The notes: generated by a model not told the origin, from the sequence alone. A DNA stretch of 39,685 nt from Candidatus Dormiibacterota bacterium (GCA_035544475.1 DATKEY010000227.1:1-39685); one strand, 5' to 3'. Positions 1-9,542 are shown, counted from the first letter of the stretch. A program made the numbers and translations.

Positions 1-2
1 AC

Positions 3-1463
3 GGCGGCGGCAAGAGCGTCGAGACGGCCGAGGGCAGCACCACCGAGACCGCGTCGCCACGCTACGTCTTCCCCGCGCACCACGCACCGGGGATCTTCCT
101 CGGGATCCGGTTCCCCCAGCTCGCGGTGATGCTCGGCGGCCTCGTGCTCGGGCTGATCAGCCTCCACTTCGTCCCGCGCGCCCTGGGCGCCCTCGTCGTC
201 TGCGCCTGGTGCGTCGCCGCGGGGGTGGTCGCGCTCGTGCCGATCCGCGGCCACCACGTCGACGACTGGGCGCTCATCCTCGCCGGCTACGCGACCCGGC
301 CGAAGCTCACCCGGCGGCGCGGCGACCTCCGGACGATCGAGCACGTCCTCCCCGACGTGGACCTGCTCACCCTCGAGCGCGGCGGCCGCCGCTACGGGAT
401 CCTCCGCGAGCAGCAGGTGGCGGGCGAGGTGACGTACTGCGCGATCATGCAGCTCGGCGCCATGCCCTTCGTGCTGCGCTCGGTCGAGGAACGGGTGAAC
501 CAGCTGAACCGCTGGGGCCTCGTCCTCGGCAGCCTGGTGCGCGAGCACTCACCGCTGTCCCGCATCCAGCTTCTTCACCGCACCGCGCCCGGGGCGGCGC
601 GCGACAACCGCAGCTGGTTCGCGCGCCACGCCGACCCGGGATCGCCGTTCTTCGACGAGGCGCTCGCCGAGCAGATCGACCGCCGCCCGCCCACCGAGCA
701 CGAGAACTTCGTGGTCGTCCAGGTGTCGCTCACCAGGATCGGCCGGCGGCAGGCGGCGCGGCGTGGTGGCGGCGACGTCGACCTCGGTGCGATGAGCATC
801 CTCGCCGCCGAGGTCGAGCGGCTGCGCGCCGAGCTGCACGAGATCCTCCCCGGCGCGGCGGTGCTCAGCCCCGGCGGCGTCGCCGCGGTGGTGCGCGCCG
901 CCTACGACCCCGAGGCGCGCCGCTCCCACGACGGCCACGAGGTGAGCTGGGACTCGGTGAGCCCGTCGCACGAGCAGGAGACCCCGACCCACTACGAGGC
1001 GCAGCAGTACTGCCACGTCACCTTCGTGGTCCGCCACTTCCCCCGGCTGCCCGTCGACTGCGGCTTCCAGATCCCGCTGATCCTCGAGGCGCGCGCCGCC
1101 CACTGCTACAGCATCGTGCTCCAGCCGGTCCCGCCGAGCCAGGCGCTGCGCGCCGCGGAGTCGGCGCGCACCGCCGACCTCGGCGACGCCCAGATGCGCG
1201 CCGCACGCGGCTTCATCGAGACCGCGAGCCGGCGCAACCAGCGGCACGGCATCGAGCGCCGCGAGCAGGAGCTCGCCGAGGGCCACCGCGAGTTCCTCTA
1301 CGCCGGGTACATCACCGTCTCCGCAGAGGGCGTGGAGGCGCTCGAGTCGGCGATCGCCGACGTCGAGGACTGCGCACTGCGCTCCCACCTCGACCTGCAG
1401 CGCCTCGTCGGCGAGCAGGGCCCCGCCTTCACCTTCACCCTTCCCCTCTGCCGGGGACTCTGA
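3..1463 (+). CDS. conjugation-system membrane protein, SCO6880/PrgI-like (5' end outside window)
   Basis: The ORF track gives 126..1463, but the same frame stays open back to base 3 with no ATG/GTG/TTG in 3..125. The upstream residues (RYVFPAHHAPGIFLGIRFPQLAV) lead straight into two hydrophobic helices (LGGLVLGLISLHF / ALVVCAWCVAAGVVALV), so the true start lies left of the window. The family call rests on the recalled architecture of actinobacterial T4SS-type conjugative elements (this protein followed by a VirB4-like ATPase). It was not checked by search. Confidence 0.55.
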   Translation, partial: GGGKSVETAEGSTTETASPRYVFPAHHAPGIFLGIRFPQLAVMLGGLVLGLISLHFVPRALGALVVCAWCVAAGVVALVPIRGHHVDDWALILAGYATRPKLTRRRGDLRTIEHVLPDVDLLTLERGGRRYGILREQQVAGEVTYCAIMQLGAMPFVLRSVEERVNQLNRWGLVLGSLVREHSPLSRIQLLHRTAPGAARDNRSWFARHADPGSPFFDEALAEQIDRRPPTEHENFVVVQVSLTRIGRRQAARRGGGDVDLGAMSILAAEVERLRAELHEILPGAAVLSPGGVAAVVRAAYDPEARRSHDGHEVSWDSVSPSHEQETPTHYEAQQYCHVTFVVRHFPRLPVDCGFQIPLILEARAAHCYSIVLQPVPPSQALRAAESARTADLGDAQMRAARGFIETASRRNQRHGIERREQELAEGHREFLYAGYITVSAEGVEALESAIADVEDCALRSHLDLQRLVGEQGPAFTFTLPLCRGL

Positions 1464-2704
1464 TGCCGAGCCTCGCGACCCGGGTCCCGCCGCCGCGCCG
1501 GGTGGTGCACCGGGCGACGACCGCGAGCCTCCAGGCGCTGCTGCCGTTCATCGCCGAGTCGAGCCTCGGCTCGGCCGGCGTGTACATCGGCACCGACGCC
1601 TTCAGCCGCTCGCCGTTCTACTTCGACCCGATCCGGATGTACCTGGATGGGGTCGTCGGTGACCCGAACATCCTGGTCATCGGCCGGCTGGGCTACGGCA
1701 AGTCGGCGCTGATGAAGGCCCTCTCACGCCGCCTCAACGTCGTCGGCTACTCGACGATCTACCTCGATCCCAAGGGCGAGACCACGCCGCTGGCGCGCGC
1801 CTTCGGCGTGGAGCCGCTGCGGCTCACGACCGGCGGCGAGCTCCGCCTCAACCCCCTCGACGAGAAGCTCGCCTCCGCCACCGGCCTCGACCCGACCCGG
1901 GAGCGCGAGCTGCTGATGCGTGCGGTGCTGCCGGTGATGCTCGAGCGCCCGCTGCGCCCGGCCGAGCTGCGGATCGTCAGCGAGGTGGTGCGCGGGGTCG
2001 TCGAGAGCTGCCCGCAGCCGACGCTGCGCGACCTGCACGCCGGTCTCGCCGCCCACGGCGAGGTCACCGCCGACCCCGCCGACGCGCTCTGGGACTACAT
2101 CCACGGCCCCGCCGGGGCGCTCTTCGACGCACCCACCTCGGCGGGCGTCGACCTCGACGCCCCGCTGCTCGCGCTCAACCTGCGCCGTCTCACCCAGACG
2201 CTCACCGCGGAGAAGCAGCGGCTGGTGACGCTGGCCCTCGCGGCGGCCTGGCTCTTCGCGATCGTCTCCCGGCGCCACGGCTACAAGCTCTTCGTCGCCG
2301 ACGAGGCGTGGTTCATGCTCCGCCACCGCGCCGCCGCGGAGTGGTTCCAGGCGCAGTGGAAGCTCTGCAGGGCCACCTCGACCGCGAACGTCGCCGTGCT
2401 CCACCGCCTGAGCGACCTCGAGGCCGCCGACGGCACGATGGCGAGCGTCCGCGGCCTGCTCTCCGACTGCGCGACCAAGGTGATCTTCAACCAGGAGCCC
2501 GGGGAGATCCCCCTGCTCCAGAAGCACCTCGGCCTGAGCTCGACGGAGATCGAGTACGTGCGCAGCCTCGGGCGGGCCTGGGCGCTGTGGCGGGTGGGCG
2601 AGCGCTCCTTCGTCGTCAAGCTCGACGTGCAGCCGGCGGAGTGGTCGATCGTCGACACCGACGGCGCCATGCGCGGCGAGGTGCTCGACGGGTCCGACGA
2701 CTGA
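1463..2704 (+). CDS. VirB4/TraC-like conjugation ATPase (ATP/GTP-binding protein)
   Basis: This is the in-frame C-terminal part of track ORF 209..2704. ATG 1463-1465 overlaps the upstream TGA (1461-1463), giving TGATG coupling. Walker A is GRLGYGKSAL and Walker B is KLFVADEAW (the DEAW motif typical of VirB4/TraC). The N-terminal 418 codons of the track ORF are Arg/Pro-rich shadow. Confidence 0.75.
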   Translation: MPSLATRVPPPRRVVHRATTASLQALLPFIAESSLGSAGVYIGTDAFSRSPFYFDPIRMYLDGVVGDPNILVIGRLGYGKSALMKALSRRLNVVGYSTIYLDPKGETTPLARAFGVEPLRLTTGGELRLNPLDEKLASATGLDPTRERELLMRAVLPVMLERPLRPAELRIVSEVVRGVVESCPQPTLRDLHAGLAAHGEVTADPADALWDYIHGPAGALFDAPTSAGVDLDAPLLALNLRRLTQTLTAEKQRLVTLALAAAWLFAIVSRRHGYKLFVADEAWFMLRHRAAAEWFQAQWKLCRATSTANVAVLHRLSDLEAADGTMASVRGLLSDCATKVIFNQEPGEIPLLQKHLGLSSTEIEYVRSLGRAWALWRVGERSFVVKLDVQPAEWSIVDTDGAMRGEVLDGSDD

Positions 2705-3654
2705 TGCGCCGGCGCAGGGGCAACGGCATGCGCAAGGCGGTGCTGTTCCTCTTCCTCGTCTCCGGGCTGGGGGTCGCCGGCATCGCGCTGATGGCCGCGT
2801 ACGACGACGCCCACACCGCGGCGGGGGCGAACGTCGCCGGCGGCCCGGCGCACAACCCGATGCCGCCCCAGGACATGCTCGTCCATTTCCAGCACGCCGC
2901 CACCGCGCACAACGTCCCGCTCAGCCTGCTCCTCGCCGTCGGCGCCGAGGAGAGCGGCTACAGCCCGAGCGCGCAGAGCTCTGCGGGCGCGCTCGGGGTG
3001 ATGCAGATGCTCCCCGCCACCTTCGCCGCGTACGCGCCCGCGGGCAGCGGCCCCCAGGACATCTGGAAGCCCGACGTGGAGATCGACGCCGCCGCCGCGA
3101 TGCTCGCCGCCGACGGCGCGAGCACCGGCGACGTCGGGCGGGCGCTGCTCGCCTACAACCACGACCAGGCCTACGTCGCCGAGGTCGAGGCGCGCCAGGC
3201 CGCCTACCAGGCCTGGCTCGACTCCGGCCGCCCCGCCGCCGACGTCGCCCTCCCCTGGCCGGTCACCGGGCCGTTGACCCAGCCCTTCGGCTGCACCGGC
3301 GTCGGGCTCGAGCCGTCGCGCGGAACGTGCCCGCACTTCCACACCGGGATCGACCTCGGAGTGCCGACCGGCACCGCGGTCGCCTCCGCCTGTCCGGGAA
3401 CCGTGACCGACGCGGTCGACGCCGGCGCCGGCTTCGGCGTCCACGTCGTCGTCTCCTGCGACCTCCCCGGGGTCGACTACAGCACTCTCTACGGACATCT
3501 CTCCAGCCGCGTCGTCGAGGCCGGCGACCGCGTCGAGGCGGGCCAGGTGCTCGGCTACTCGGGCTCGACCGGCAACTCCTCCGGTCCGCATCTGCACTTC
3601 GAGGTCGACACCCCCGCAGGACCTGCGGACCCTATGGACTACCTGGTGCAGTGA
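2704..3654 (+). CDS. secreted cell-wall hydrolase, lytic transglycosylase (SLT) + M23 metallopeptidase fusion
   Basis: ATG 2704-2706 overlaps the ATPase TGA (2702-2704). There is a signal/TM segment (KAVLFLFLVSGLGVAGIALMAA). The SLT motifs are AVGAEESGY and GVMQM. The M23 motifs are HTGIDL (HxxxD) and GPHLHFEV (HxH). Confidence 0.85.
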   Translation: MRRRRGNGMRKAVLFLFLVSGLGVAGIALMAAYDDAHTAAGANVAGGPAHNPMPPQDMLVHFQHAATAHNVPLSLLLAVGAEESGYSPSAQSSAGALGVMQMLPATFAAYAPAGSGPQDIWKPDVEIDAAAAMLAADGASTGDVGRALLAYNHDQAYVAEVEARQAAYQAWLDSGRPAADVALPWPVTGPLTQPFGCTGVGLEPSRGTCPHFHTGIDLGVPTGTAVASACPGTVTDAVDAGAGFGVHVVVSCDLPGVDYSTLYGHLSSRVVEAGDRVEAGQVLGYSGSTGNSSGPHLHFEVDTPAGPADPMDYLVQ

Positions 3655-5212
3655 CCCCCCGGTGCGCCGCGCGGCAGGCGGCGTACCCGAGGTCGTACTG
3701 CGCCTGGAGGTAGTCGTGGCCGCCGGGACAGCGGTCGATGCCGGCGAAGGGCCACACCCCGTTCTCGAAGCGCGCGACGTGGAAGCCGGAGAACATCGTC
3801 ACCCACCAGATCTCGCCGAGGTCGCTGCGGACGACCGGTCGCGCGAGCGCCACGTCGACGTTCGGGTCGTATCGACCGCGGGTGCCGGTGTTGTCGTAGG
3901 CGATCTCCCGTGGTCGCAGCGGGTCGCGGATGTCGTAGACGCGCAGGCCGCTGAGCTCCGTCGCGCACGCGAGGATGGTGGGGTCGTGCAGCCGGTCGGG
4001 CGTGCAGTAGTGGACGTCGTACATGAACAGGCCGGAGGCGAGCACGTACGAGAAGTCGCCCTTTCCGAATCCCTTCGAATGCCAGAAGGTGCGGTCGTCG
4101 GCGACGAGCGGGCAGTTGGCGGGGTCGTCCACCTCGTTGACGAACGTGGCGACCACCCGTGGGTGCAGCTCGTCGGCGAGGTCGATCATCCGCGGGGAGT
4201 CGAAGCTCGTGGCGGAGGGGTCGGTGCACCGGGTCGCGAAGTCCGTCGTCGACTCGCCGAAGTTGACGAGATACGGATGACCCGCGTAGTCGAGCCGGTA
4301 CGTCGACTGGTTGAAGGCGTTGTGGGGGAGAGGGATCCTGCTGATCACACGCCCCGCGGCGGGGCGGCCCGGCGCGACGTCCGATGTGTCGACGATGAGC
4401 ACCTCGCTCGGCGCACCGATCTCCGCGAGGTACCCACGCGAGCCGTCCTCGCTGATCGACCCGCCGTGGACGATCATCGGCCAGGTCGCGAGCTCCCGCG
4501 GGTGGGCCGGGTCGGAGAGGTCGACCGGGGTCACCGTCCTCGAGCCGACGCCCGACATGTAGTAGACGAGGCCGTCGGGAGAGAACCAGCCCTCGTGGCC
4601 CCGTCCGTGCGGCATCGCCACGTCGGCGAGCAGCACGGGATGCCGGCAGTCGTGGGACACGTCGTAGACGCCGAGCCAGGGATAGCTGTCCACGTCGAAG
4701 TGGCCGAGGCCGTAGTGATCGGCGACGAGGAGCCCACGCCGGGCGTTGACGCGCAAGGACTCGCCGGCGTCGCGCATCGCGCGCGCGGTGAGGTACGCGG
4801 TCTGCACCGGATGCCGCGGGTCGGAGACGTCGAGCACCACCGTGCCCGTATCGGCCAGGGTGCCGATGGCCCCGTCGTTGTCCGAGTAGTAGGCGCAGTT
4901 CCGGTAGGTGTCGAAGTTGGCGAAGCTGTAGCCGCGGTGCTCGCCGATGACGGAGAGGTTGCAGCGATAGCCCCGCGCGGCACGGCCGTCCAGCCGGTCC
5001 TGCCAGGGCACCTGCCCCTGCAGCCCCGTCTCGACGGGGTCGCCGGGCTGGCAGTGAGGCTTCCCGACGCTCACGAGGGGCGAGCGGTCGACGCCGGCCA
5101 TGGCGAACCCCGCGGACGGGTGCCCCGCCGCGGGTGCGGTGAGCGCCACGCCCCCGGCGAGCGCGACTGCGAGGACGAGCCGGTGCACATGCGCTGGACG
5201 GCCCGCCATCAC
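3632..5212 (-). CDS. secreted LVIVD-repeat (beta-propeller) protein
   Basis: Track ORF of 526 aa with an N-terminal signal peptide (RLVLAVALAGGVALTAPAAG). It carries six copies of the LVIVD-type motif: VVLDVSDPRHP, LGVYDVSHDCRHP, TPVDLSDPAHPRE, VLIVDTSDVAP, MIDLADELHPRV and LRVYDIRDPLRPRE. Its 3' end overlaps the convergent hydrolase gene by 23 nt. Confidence 0.7.
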   Translation of the reverse strand: MMAGRPAHVHRLVLAVALAGGVALTAPAAGHPSAGFAMAGVDRSPLVSVGKPHCQPGDPVETGLQGQVPWQDRLDGRAARGYRCNLSVIGEHRGYSFANFDTYRNCAYYSDNDGAIGTLADTGTVVLDVSDPRHPVQTAYLTARAMRDAGESLRVNARRGLLVADHYGLGHFDVDSYPWLGVYDVSHDCRHPVLLADVAMPHGRGHEGWFSPDGLVYYMSGVGSRTVTPVDLSDPAHPRELATWPMIVHGGSISEDGSRGYLAEIGAPSEVLIVDTSDVAPGRPAAGRVISRIPLPHNAFNQSTYRLDYAGHPYLVNFGESTTDFATRCTDPSATSFDSPRMIDLADELHPRVVATFVNEVDDPANCPLVADDRTFWHSKGFGKGDFSYVLASGLFMYDVHYCTPDRLHDPTILACATELSGLRVYDIRDPLRPREIAYDNTGTRGRYDPNVDVALARPVVRSDLGEIWWVTMFSGFHVARFENGVWPFAGIDRCPGGHDYLQAQYDLGYAACRAAHRGVTAPGSP

Positions 5213-5314
5213 GTCCCTCCCGACCCCTCTGCTGTGCGCACATCGTAGGGTGCGCCGTACGTCGCGGCAATCGAGCCGTGACGAGGCGGTCCGCGCGCCC
5301 CGGAGATGGCCCTT

Positions 5315-5977
5315 CTAGAGGATCTCCACCTTGTTCACCAACCAGCCACTGCCGCTGTGCACGAGGGTGACGCGCAGACGGTTGCGGTCGACGCGGGGGG
5401 TGGTCGCGCTGCTGTTCTTGACGGTCTGATCGACGAAGAGGACCACCACGGCGTTGTCGCTGGTCGCGTCCTGGACGCCGGCGGCCGCGACCCGGCCGGT
5501 CGAGGTGGCCTGGTACTTGGTGATCAGCGGCTGGAGGTCCTTGCTCGCCTTGGTGAAGTCGCTCTTGAACGTGCCGGTGGAGTGGTCGATGACCGCGCCG
5601 AAGTCCCTGTCCAGGGTGTGGTAGTCGTAGGTCGCGAGGTCGATCGAGAAGGTCTTGGCCGCGGCGAGGGCCGTGGCCCGGGCGTCGGTGACCGCGTCGG
5701 CGTTGTGGAGCTTGACCGTCGTCCAGAGGAGGGCGGCGATGAGCATCGCGACCCCCAGCCCGGTGACCGCGATCGCCGCGACCAGCCCGCCGCCGAGGCT
5801 CTGCCGTGGGGCGGGCTCCGGGACGGGCGCGGGCGCCGGCTCCGGCGCGACGGCCGGCTCCGGGGCCGGGGTCGGGGCCGCCGCCTCCGGGGTCGGGGTC
5901 GGGCTCGGGGGCACCGCGGGCGTCCACCCCGGCGGGGTGACGGGCGCGTCGGCCCCGCTGTCGACATCCTGGCTCAT
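5315..5977 (-). CDS. Mce-associated membrane protein (Mas)
   Basis: The protein has a Pro/Ala/Thr-rich N-terminus, one TM helix (LVAAIAVTGLGVAMLIAALLW), and the typical Mas C-domain (AAKTFSIDLATYDYHTLDRDF...VVVLFVDQTVKN...RVDRNRLRVTLV...GWLVNKVEIL). A GAGGAGG ribosome-binding site lies upstream. It sits directly downstream of mceF. Confidence 0.8.
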   Translation of the reverse strand: MSQDVDSGADAPVTPPGWTPAVPPSPTPTPEAAAPTPAPEPAVAPEPAPAPVPEPAPRQSLGGGLVAAIAVTGLGVAMLIAALLWTTVKLHNADAVTDARATALAAAKTFSIDLATYDYHTLDRDFGAVIDHSTGTFKSDFTKASKDLQPLITKYQATSTGRVAAAGVQDATSDNAVVVLFVDQTVKNSSATTPRVDRNRLRVTLVHSGSGWLVNKVEIL

Positions 5978-6025
5978 GGGCGGGGGCCTCCTCGGGTCGG
6001 GGACGGGCTTCGGGCGGCCGCCAGC

Positions 6026-7318
6026 CTAGCTGCTCAGCAGCGCCAGCAGCAGCCCCATCCAGGATCCGTGGATCCCGGTGCCGAGCCGCACCGTGCCGCC
6101 GCCGGGGATGGCGACCACCCCCGTCTGGGGATCGTAGACGGTCGGTACCGCCGCGTCCGTGGGAGCCACGGTGGCGCTCAGGGCCGGTCCTTGCGCGTTG
6201 CCGCCGGGTGCCGTCGCGGTGGTGTCGCCGCCGGGCCGCGGCGCGTAGCGGGCGCCGCGCTGGAGCATGTTCGGGGCGGTGGTCGTGCAGTCCTTGTCCA
6301 CGAACGGCGGACGCGGTGAGATGTCGAGCGGGCTGCGGGCCTCGCCGGAGCTCAGGTAGCCGCACACCGGGGTGGCGGTGTCGAGGTAGACGTCGACCTG
6401 GGCCTGCCCACCGCGGGCGATGCTCGCGAGCTTGCCTCCGGTGTCGGGCAGCGCGATGAGCAGCTGGGAGAGACCCGGGACCCGGGCGGCGACGATGTTC
6501 CCGGTGGTGACGAGGTTGCCGAGGAGCACCCCCAGCGGCGCGCTCGTCTGGCGGACGAAGCTGTCGAGCTGGGCGATCGCCGTCTGGCCGTTGGAGAGCA
6601 GCGCGCTGATGTCGGAGTCCGACGACTTCAGCTGGGCGGTGAGCTGGGCGAGAGCGTTGCTGAACGTCTGGAACTCGCCCGAGGCGTTGACCGCGGTGCC
6701 GAGCACGGTGTTCGCCGCTCCGATGAGGTCGACGGTCTGGGGCGCCGCGGCGCGCAGGCTGTCGACGAGCGCAGACGCGCCGTCGACGATCTGGTGCATC
6801 TGCTGGCCGTTGCCGGCGAAGCCGGTGGAGAGCTCGGTGATGACCACGTCGAGGTCGTGGGGATCGACGCTGTGCACCACCGCCTCGAGGTCGACCAGCA
6901 GGGTCGCGACCGGCAGCGGGATCTGGGCCTGGGACTCGGGGATGACGTCGCCGTCCTTGAGATACGGGCCGCCGGGGGCCTGGGGACGGAGGTCGACGTA
7001 CTGCTCGCCGACCGCGGAGAGCGAGGTGACGACCGCCTTCGAGCTGGTCGGGACCTGCTTGTCGGAGTCGATCGCCAGCTCGACGGTGACGCCGCCCGAT
7101 CGCAGCCGGACGTCGCTCACCGTACCGATCTGCTGCCCGCGGTAGTCGACGTTGGCGTGGGGGAAGATCCCGCCCGCGTCGGCGAGCTGCACCTGCACGT
7201 GGAAGGGACGGTGGAGGAGGTTGACCCCGATGACGCTGAAGGTGGCGTAGACGACGCCCAGCACCCCGATGAGCACGAAGGTGCCGATCTGGAGCTGGAG
7301 CAGCGAGATCCGTCTCAT
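6026..7318 (-). CDS. MCE-family substrate-binding protein (MceF position)
   Basis: It has an N-terminal TM helix (LQIGTFVLIGVLGVVYATF) followed by an MlaD/Mce domain (GGIFPHANVDYRGQQIGTVSDV). The start overlaps the mceE stop in an ATGA (7315-7318). Confidence 0.85.
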   Translation of the reverse strand: MRRISLLQLQIGTFVLIGVLGVVYATFSVIGVNLLHRPFHVQVQLADAGGIFPHANVDYRGQQIGTVSDVRLRSGGVTVELAIDSDKQVPTSSKAVVTSLSAVGEQYVDLRPQAPGGPYLKDGDVIPESQAQIPLPVATLLVDLEAVVHSVDPHDLDVVITELSTGFAGNGQQMHQIVDGASALVDSLRAAAPQTVDLIGAANTVLGTAVNASGEFQTFSNALAQLTAQLKSSDSDISALLSNGQTAIAQLDSFVRQTSAPLGVLLGNLVTTGNIVAARVPGLSQLLIALPDTGGKLASIARGGQAQVDVYLDTATPVCGYLSSGEARSPLDISPRPPFVDKDCTTTAPNMLQRGARYAPRPGGDTTATAPGGNAQGPALSATVAPTDAAVPTVYDPQTGVVAIPGGGTVRLGTGIHGSWMGLLLALLSS

Positions 7319-8394
7319 GGCAGGGCGCTCCCGAGCAGCGTCCGGGCTGCGTCGCCGCTCCAGGCGGGTTGCGCGAGCGGGAGCGGGAGCGGTGGCAGCA
7401 GGGGCGGCGACGGGCTCGAGCCGCTGCTGCTGCTGAGCACCGCGTTCACGACGCCGGAGATGTTGAGGTAGTCACCGGGAGCCGCCGCCGCCGCCGCGGG
7501 CCCGAAGGCGGCCAGCGCGTCGAGCGTGCTTCCGAGCTGACCGCGGATGCCGACGAGCGCGTCGACGACCGGTCCGAGCTCGCGCAGGTCGGCGAGGAAG
7601 GCATCGCGGCTCTGGTCGATCACCCGCGCGCCGACCTGGCCGAGCCGGCCGAGGTGGGTGAGCAGCGCGTCGAAGTCGCCGGCCTCGGACGCGAGCACCT
7701 GGAGCGCCGGGGCGATGCTGTCCAGCCCCTTGGCGATCACCGAGCTCTGGCCGTTGAGCTCGGCGGAGAGGGTGTTGAGCGCGGTCAGCGCGTGGTCGAT
7801 GTCGCCGGTGCGCGCGTTGAGCGCGGACACCAGCCGCCCCAACTGGTCGAGCAGGTCGCGGGCCTGCGGCTCGTGGCCGCCGAACGCCTTGTTGAGCTCG
7901 ACGATGATCGTCCGCAGCTGGTCGAGCCCGCCGCCGTTGAGGACGGCGGAGAGCAGCGCGAACGTGTCCTCGATGGTCGGGGCGCTGCTCGTCTGCGGCT
8001 CGCCGAGGGTCGAGCCGTCGGTGAGGTCCGGGCCGGACGCCTGGGCGGGTCTGGTGAGCGAGACGTAGTCCTCGCCGAGCGGCGTGGTGAAACGGATCTC
8101 CGCCGTCGTCCCGCCCGGCAGGCGGATGTTGCGGGCGATCGCCATGGCGACGACGCCGCGGTAGTTGTCGAGCTTGATGGTCGTGACCTGGCCGACGACG
8201 ACACCGTCGAGCTTCACCTGGGCGCGCTGCGGCAGGTTGAGGACGTCGCCGAAGACCGCGGTGAGCTTGTAGCTGTCACCCGGAGGACCGCCGCCCGGGG
8301 AGGGGAGGCCCTGTAGGTTGAACTGGCAGCCGGCGAGGCCGAGGGCGCAGAGGGCCCCGATGGCGGCGGTGCGGAGTCGCGGCGATCCCTGCAT
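7315..8394 (-). CDS. MCE-family lipoprotein (MceE/LprK position)
   Basis: This is the in-frame C-terminal part of track ORF 7315..9654. ATG 8394 shares one base with the mceD stop. The lipobox is ALCALGLAGC and the Mce domain includes VKLDGVVVGQV. The upstream 420 codons of the track ORF are shadow. Confidence 0.85.
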   Translation of the reverse strand: MQGSPRLRTAAIGALCALGLAGCQFNLQGLPSPGGGPPGDSYKLTAVFGDVLNLPQRAQVKLDGVVVGQVTTIKLDNYRGVVAMAIARNIRLPGGTTAEIRFTTPLGEDYVSLTRPAQASGPDLTDGSTLGEPQTSSAPTIEDTFALLSAVLNGGGLDQLRTIIVELNKAFGGHEPQARDLLDQLGRLVSALNARTGDIDHALTALNTLSAELNGQSSVIAKGLDSIAPALQVLASEAGDFDALLTHLGRLGQVGARVIDQSRDAFLADLRELGPVVDALVGIRGQLGSTLDALAAFGPAAAAAAPGDYLNISGVVNAVLSSSSGSSPSPPLLPPLPLPLAQPAWSGDAARTLLGSALP

Positions 8395-9542
8395 CAGCCG
8401 TTCGCCAGGTACCGGGCGACGTCGAGGTTGGGGACCGGGACGGCCCCCGGTGGGGGCGGCTCCTGGAGGAGCGCGTCGAGGGCGACGCAGAGAACGTCCC
8501 AGGGCGTCCCGCCGCCGCCGGGGAGCAGCCGGGTCGTGTGCGGGACCGCGCTCGAGCCGCAGTACTCGGCGATGAGCGGCACCTGGCCGGGCTCGAGCGA
8601 GGCGCGGATCCGGATCCGCAGCCCGTCGGCGTCGCTCTCGACCGTCTGCCCCAGGTTCGAGATCGTGAGCGGCAGGACGTCGAAGGTCTCGATGAGCTGG
8701 CGCTGGTGAGCGAGGAGCGCGTTGGTCACGGTCACCAGGTTGCCGATGTTCGCGCTGAGCGCGGACCGGTTGCTCTGGACGAAGGTGCCGAGCTGGCCGA
8801 GCGCGGTCTGCAGCGTGCTCAGCGCGGTGGCGATGTCCTGGCGCTCGCCGGCGAGCTGGGCGGTGGCGGTGGCGAGGTCGCGGTAGAAGGCCGAGACCGT
8901 GTCGTCGTGGTTCGCGAGCGCGCGGCTCAGGGTGTCGAGGTCGTCGAGCAGCGCGGTGAGTTGCTTCGCGTTCGCCGACACCGCCGGAAGCGCCTTCCCC
9001 AGGCCGGCGATGGCGTCGTGGAGACGCTGCCCGTTGCCGTCGAGGTTCTGCGCGGTGACGTGGAAGAGGTCGCCGAGGCTGCCGTTGCTGTCGACCGCGT
9101 TGGGACCGAGCGCCTTGCCGAGCTCGTCGAGCGACGAGTACAGCTCGTCGACCTCGACCGGGGTGTGCACCCGCGACGTCGGGATGTCGCCGCCGCTCGG
9201 CATCAGCGGGCCGCCGGTGTACGGCGGGCTCAGCTGGACGAAGCGATCGCTCACCACGTTGGCGGCGGTGAGCACCGCCTCCGCGCCGGCCGGCACCTTC
9301 TGGTCGTGGGGGAGGGACAGCTCGACGGCGACGTCGCGATCCCCGGGGGTGATCTTCGTGATCTTCCCCACCGGCACCCCGAGGATGTCGACGTGGTTGC
9401 CGACGTAGAGACCCGGCGCGGACAGGAAGTGCGCGGTGATCTTCAGCGGCGCCGGGCGGGTGGCGGCGAACGCGCCGATGCCTCCCCCGACCACGACGAC
9501 CGCGGCGACGGCGGCGAGGACGATGCGGCGCCGGGCGCTCAC
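8394..9542 (-). CDS. MCE-family substrate-binding protein (MceD position)
   Basis: The track ORF is 8394..9581. A GTG at 9542 overlaps the mceC stop (GTGA), matching the coupling pattern of the rest of the operon; ATG 9581 is the alternative start. It has a TM helix (IVLAAVAAVVVVGGGIGAF) and an Mce domain (GNHVDILGVPVGKITKI). Confidence 0.8.
   Translation of the reverse strand: MSARRRIVLAAVAAVVVVGGGIGAFAATRPAPLKITAHFLSAPGLYVGNHVDILGVPVGKITKITPGDRDVAVELSLPHDQKVPAGAEAVLTAANVVSDRFVQLSPPYTGGPLMPSGGDIPTSRVHTPVEVDELYSSLDELGKALGPNAVDSNGSLGDLFHVTAQNLDGNGQRLHDAIAGLGKALPAVSANAKQLTALLDDLDTLSRALANHDDTVSAFYRDLATATAQLAGERQDIATALSTLQTALGQLGTFVQSNRSALSANIGNLVTVTNALLAHQRQLIETFDVLPLTISNLGQTVESDADGLRIRIRASLEPGQVPLIAEYCGSSAVPHTTRLLPGGGGTPWDVLCVALDALLQEPPPPGAVPVPNLDVARYLANG

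Noticed and set aside
209-1462. N-terminal 418 codons of the 831-aa track ORF 209..2704
   Set aside because: The translation is Arg/Pro/Gly/Ala-rich with no motifs, and it overlaps the well-supported 3..1463 gene in another frame. The real gene starts at the coupled ATG 1463.
3639-6365. 908-aa minus-strand ORF, and similar giant ORFs (16911..19292, 30640..32940, 30788..33100, 38051..39292, 24961..26181)
   Set aside because: These are typical high-GC shadow ORFs: low-complexity R/P/G/A translations, off-frame or antisense to genes with clear family motifs, and lacking the G/C third-position bias in their own frame.
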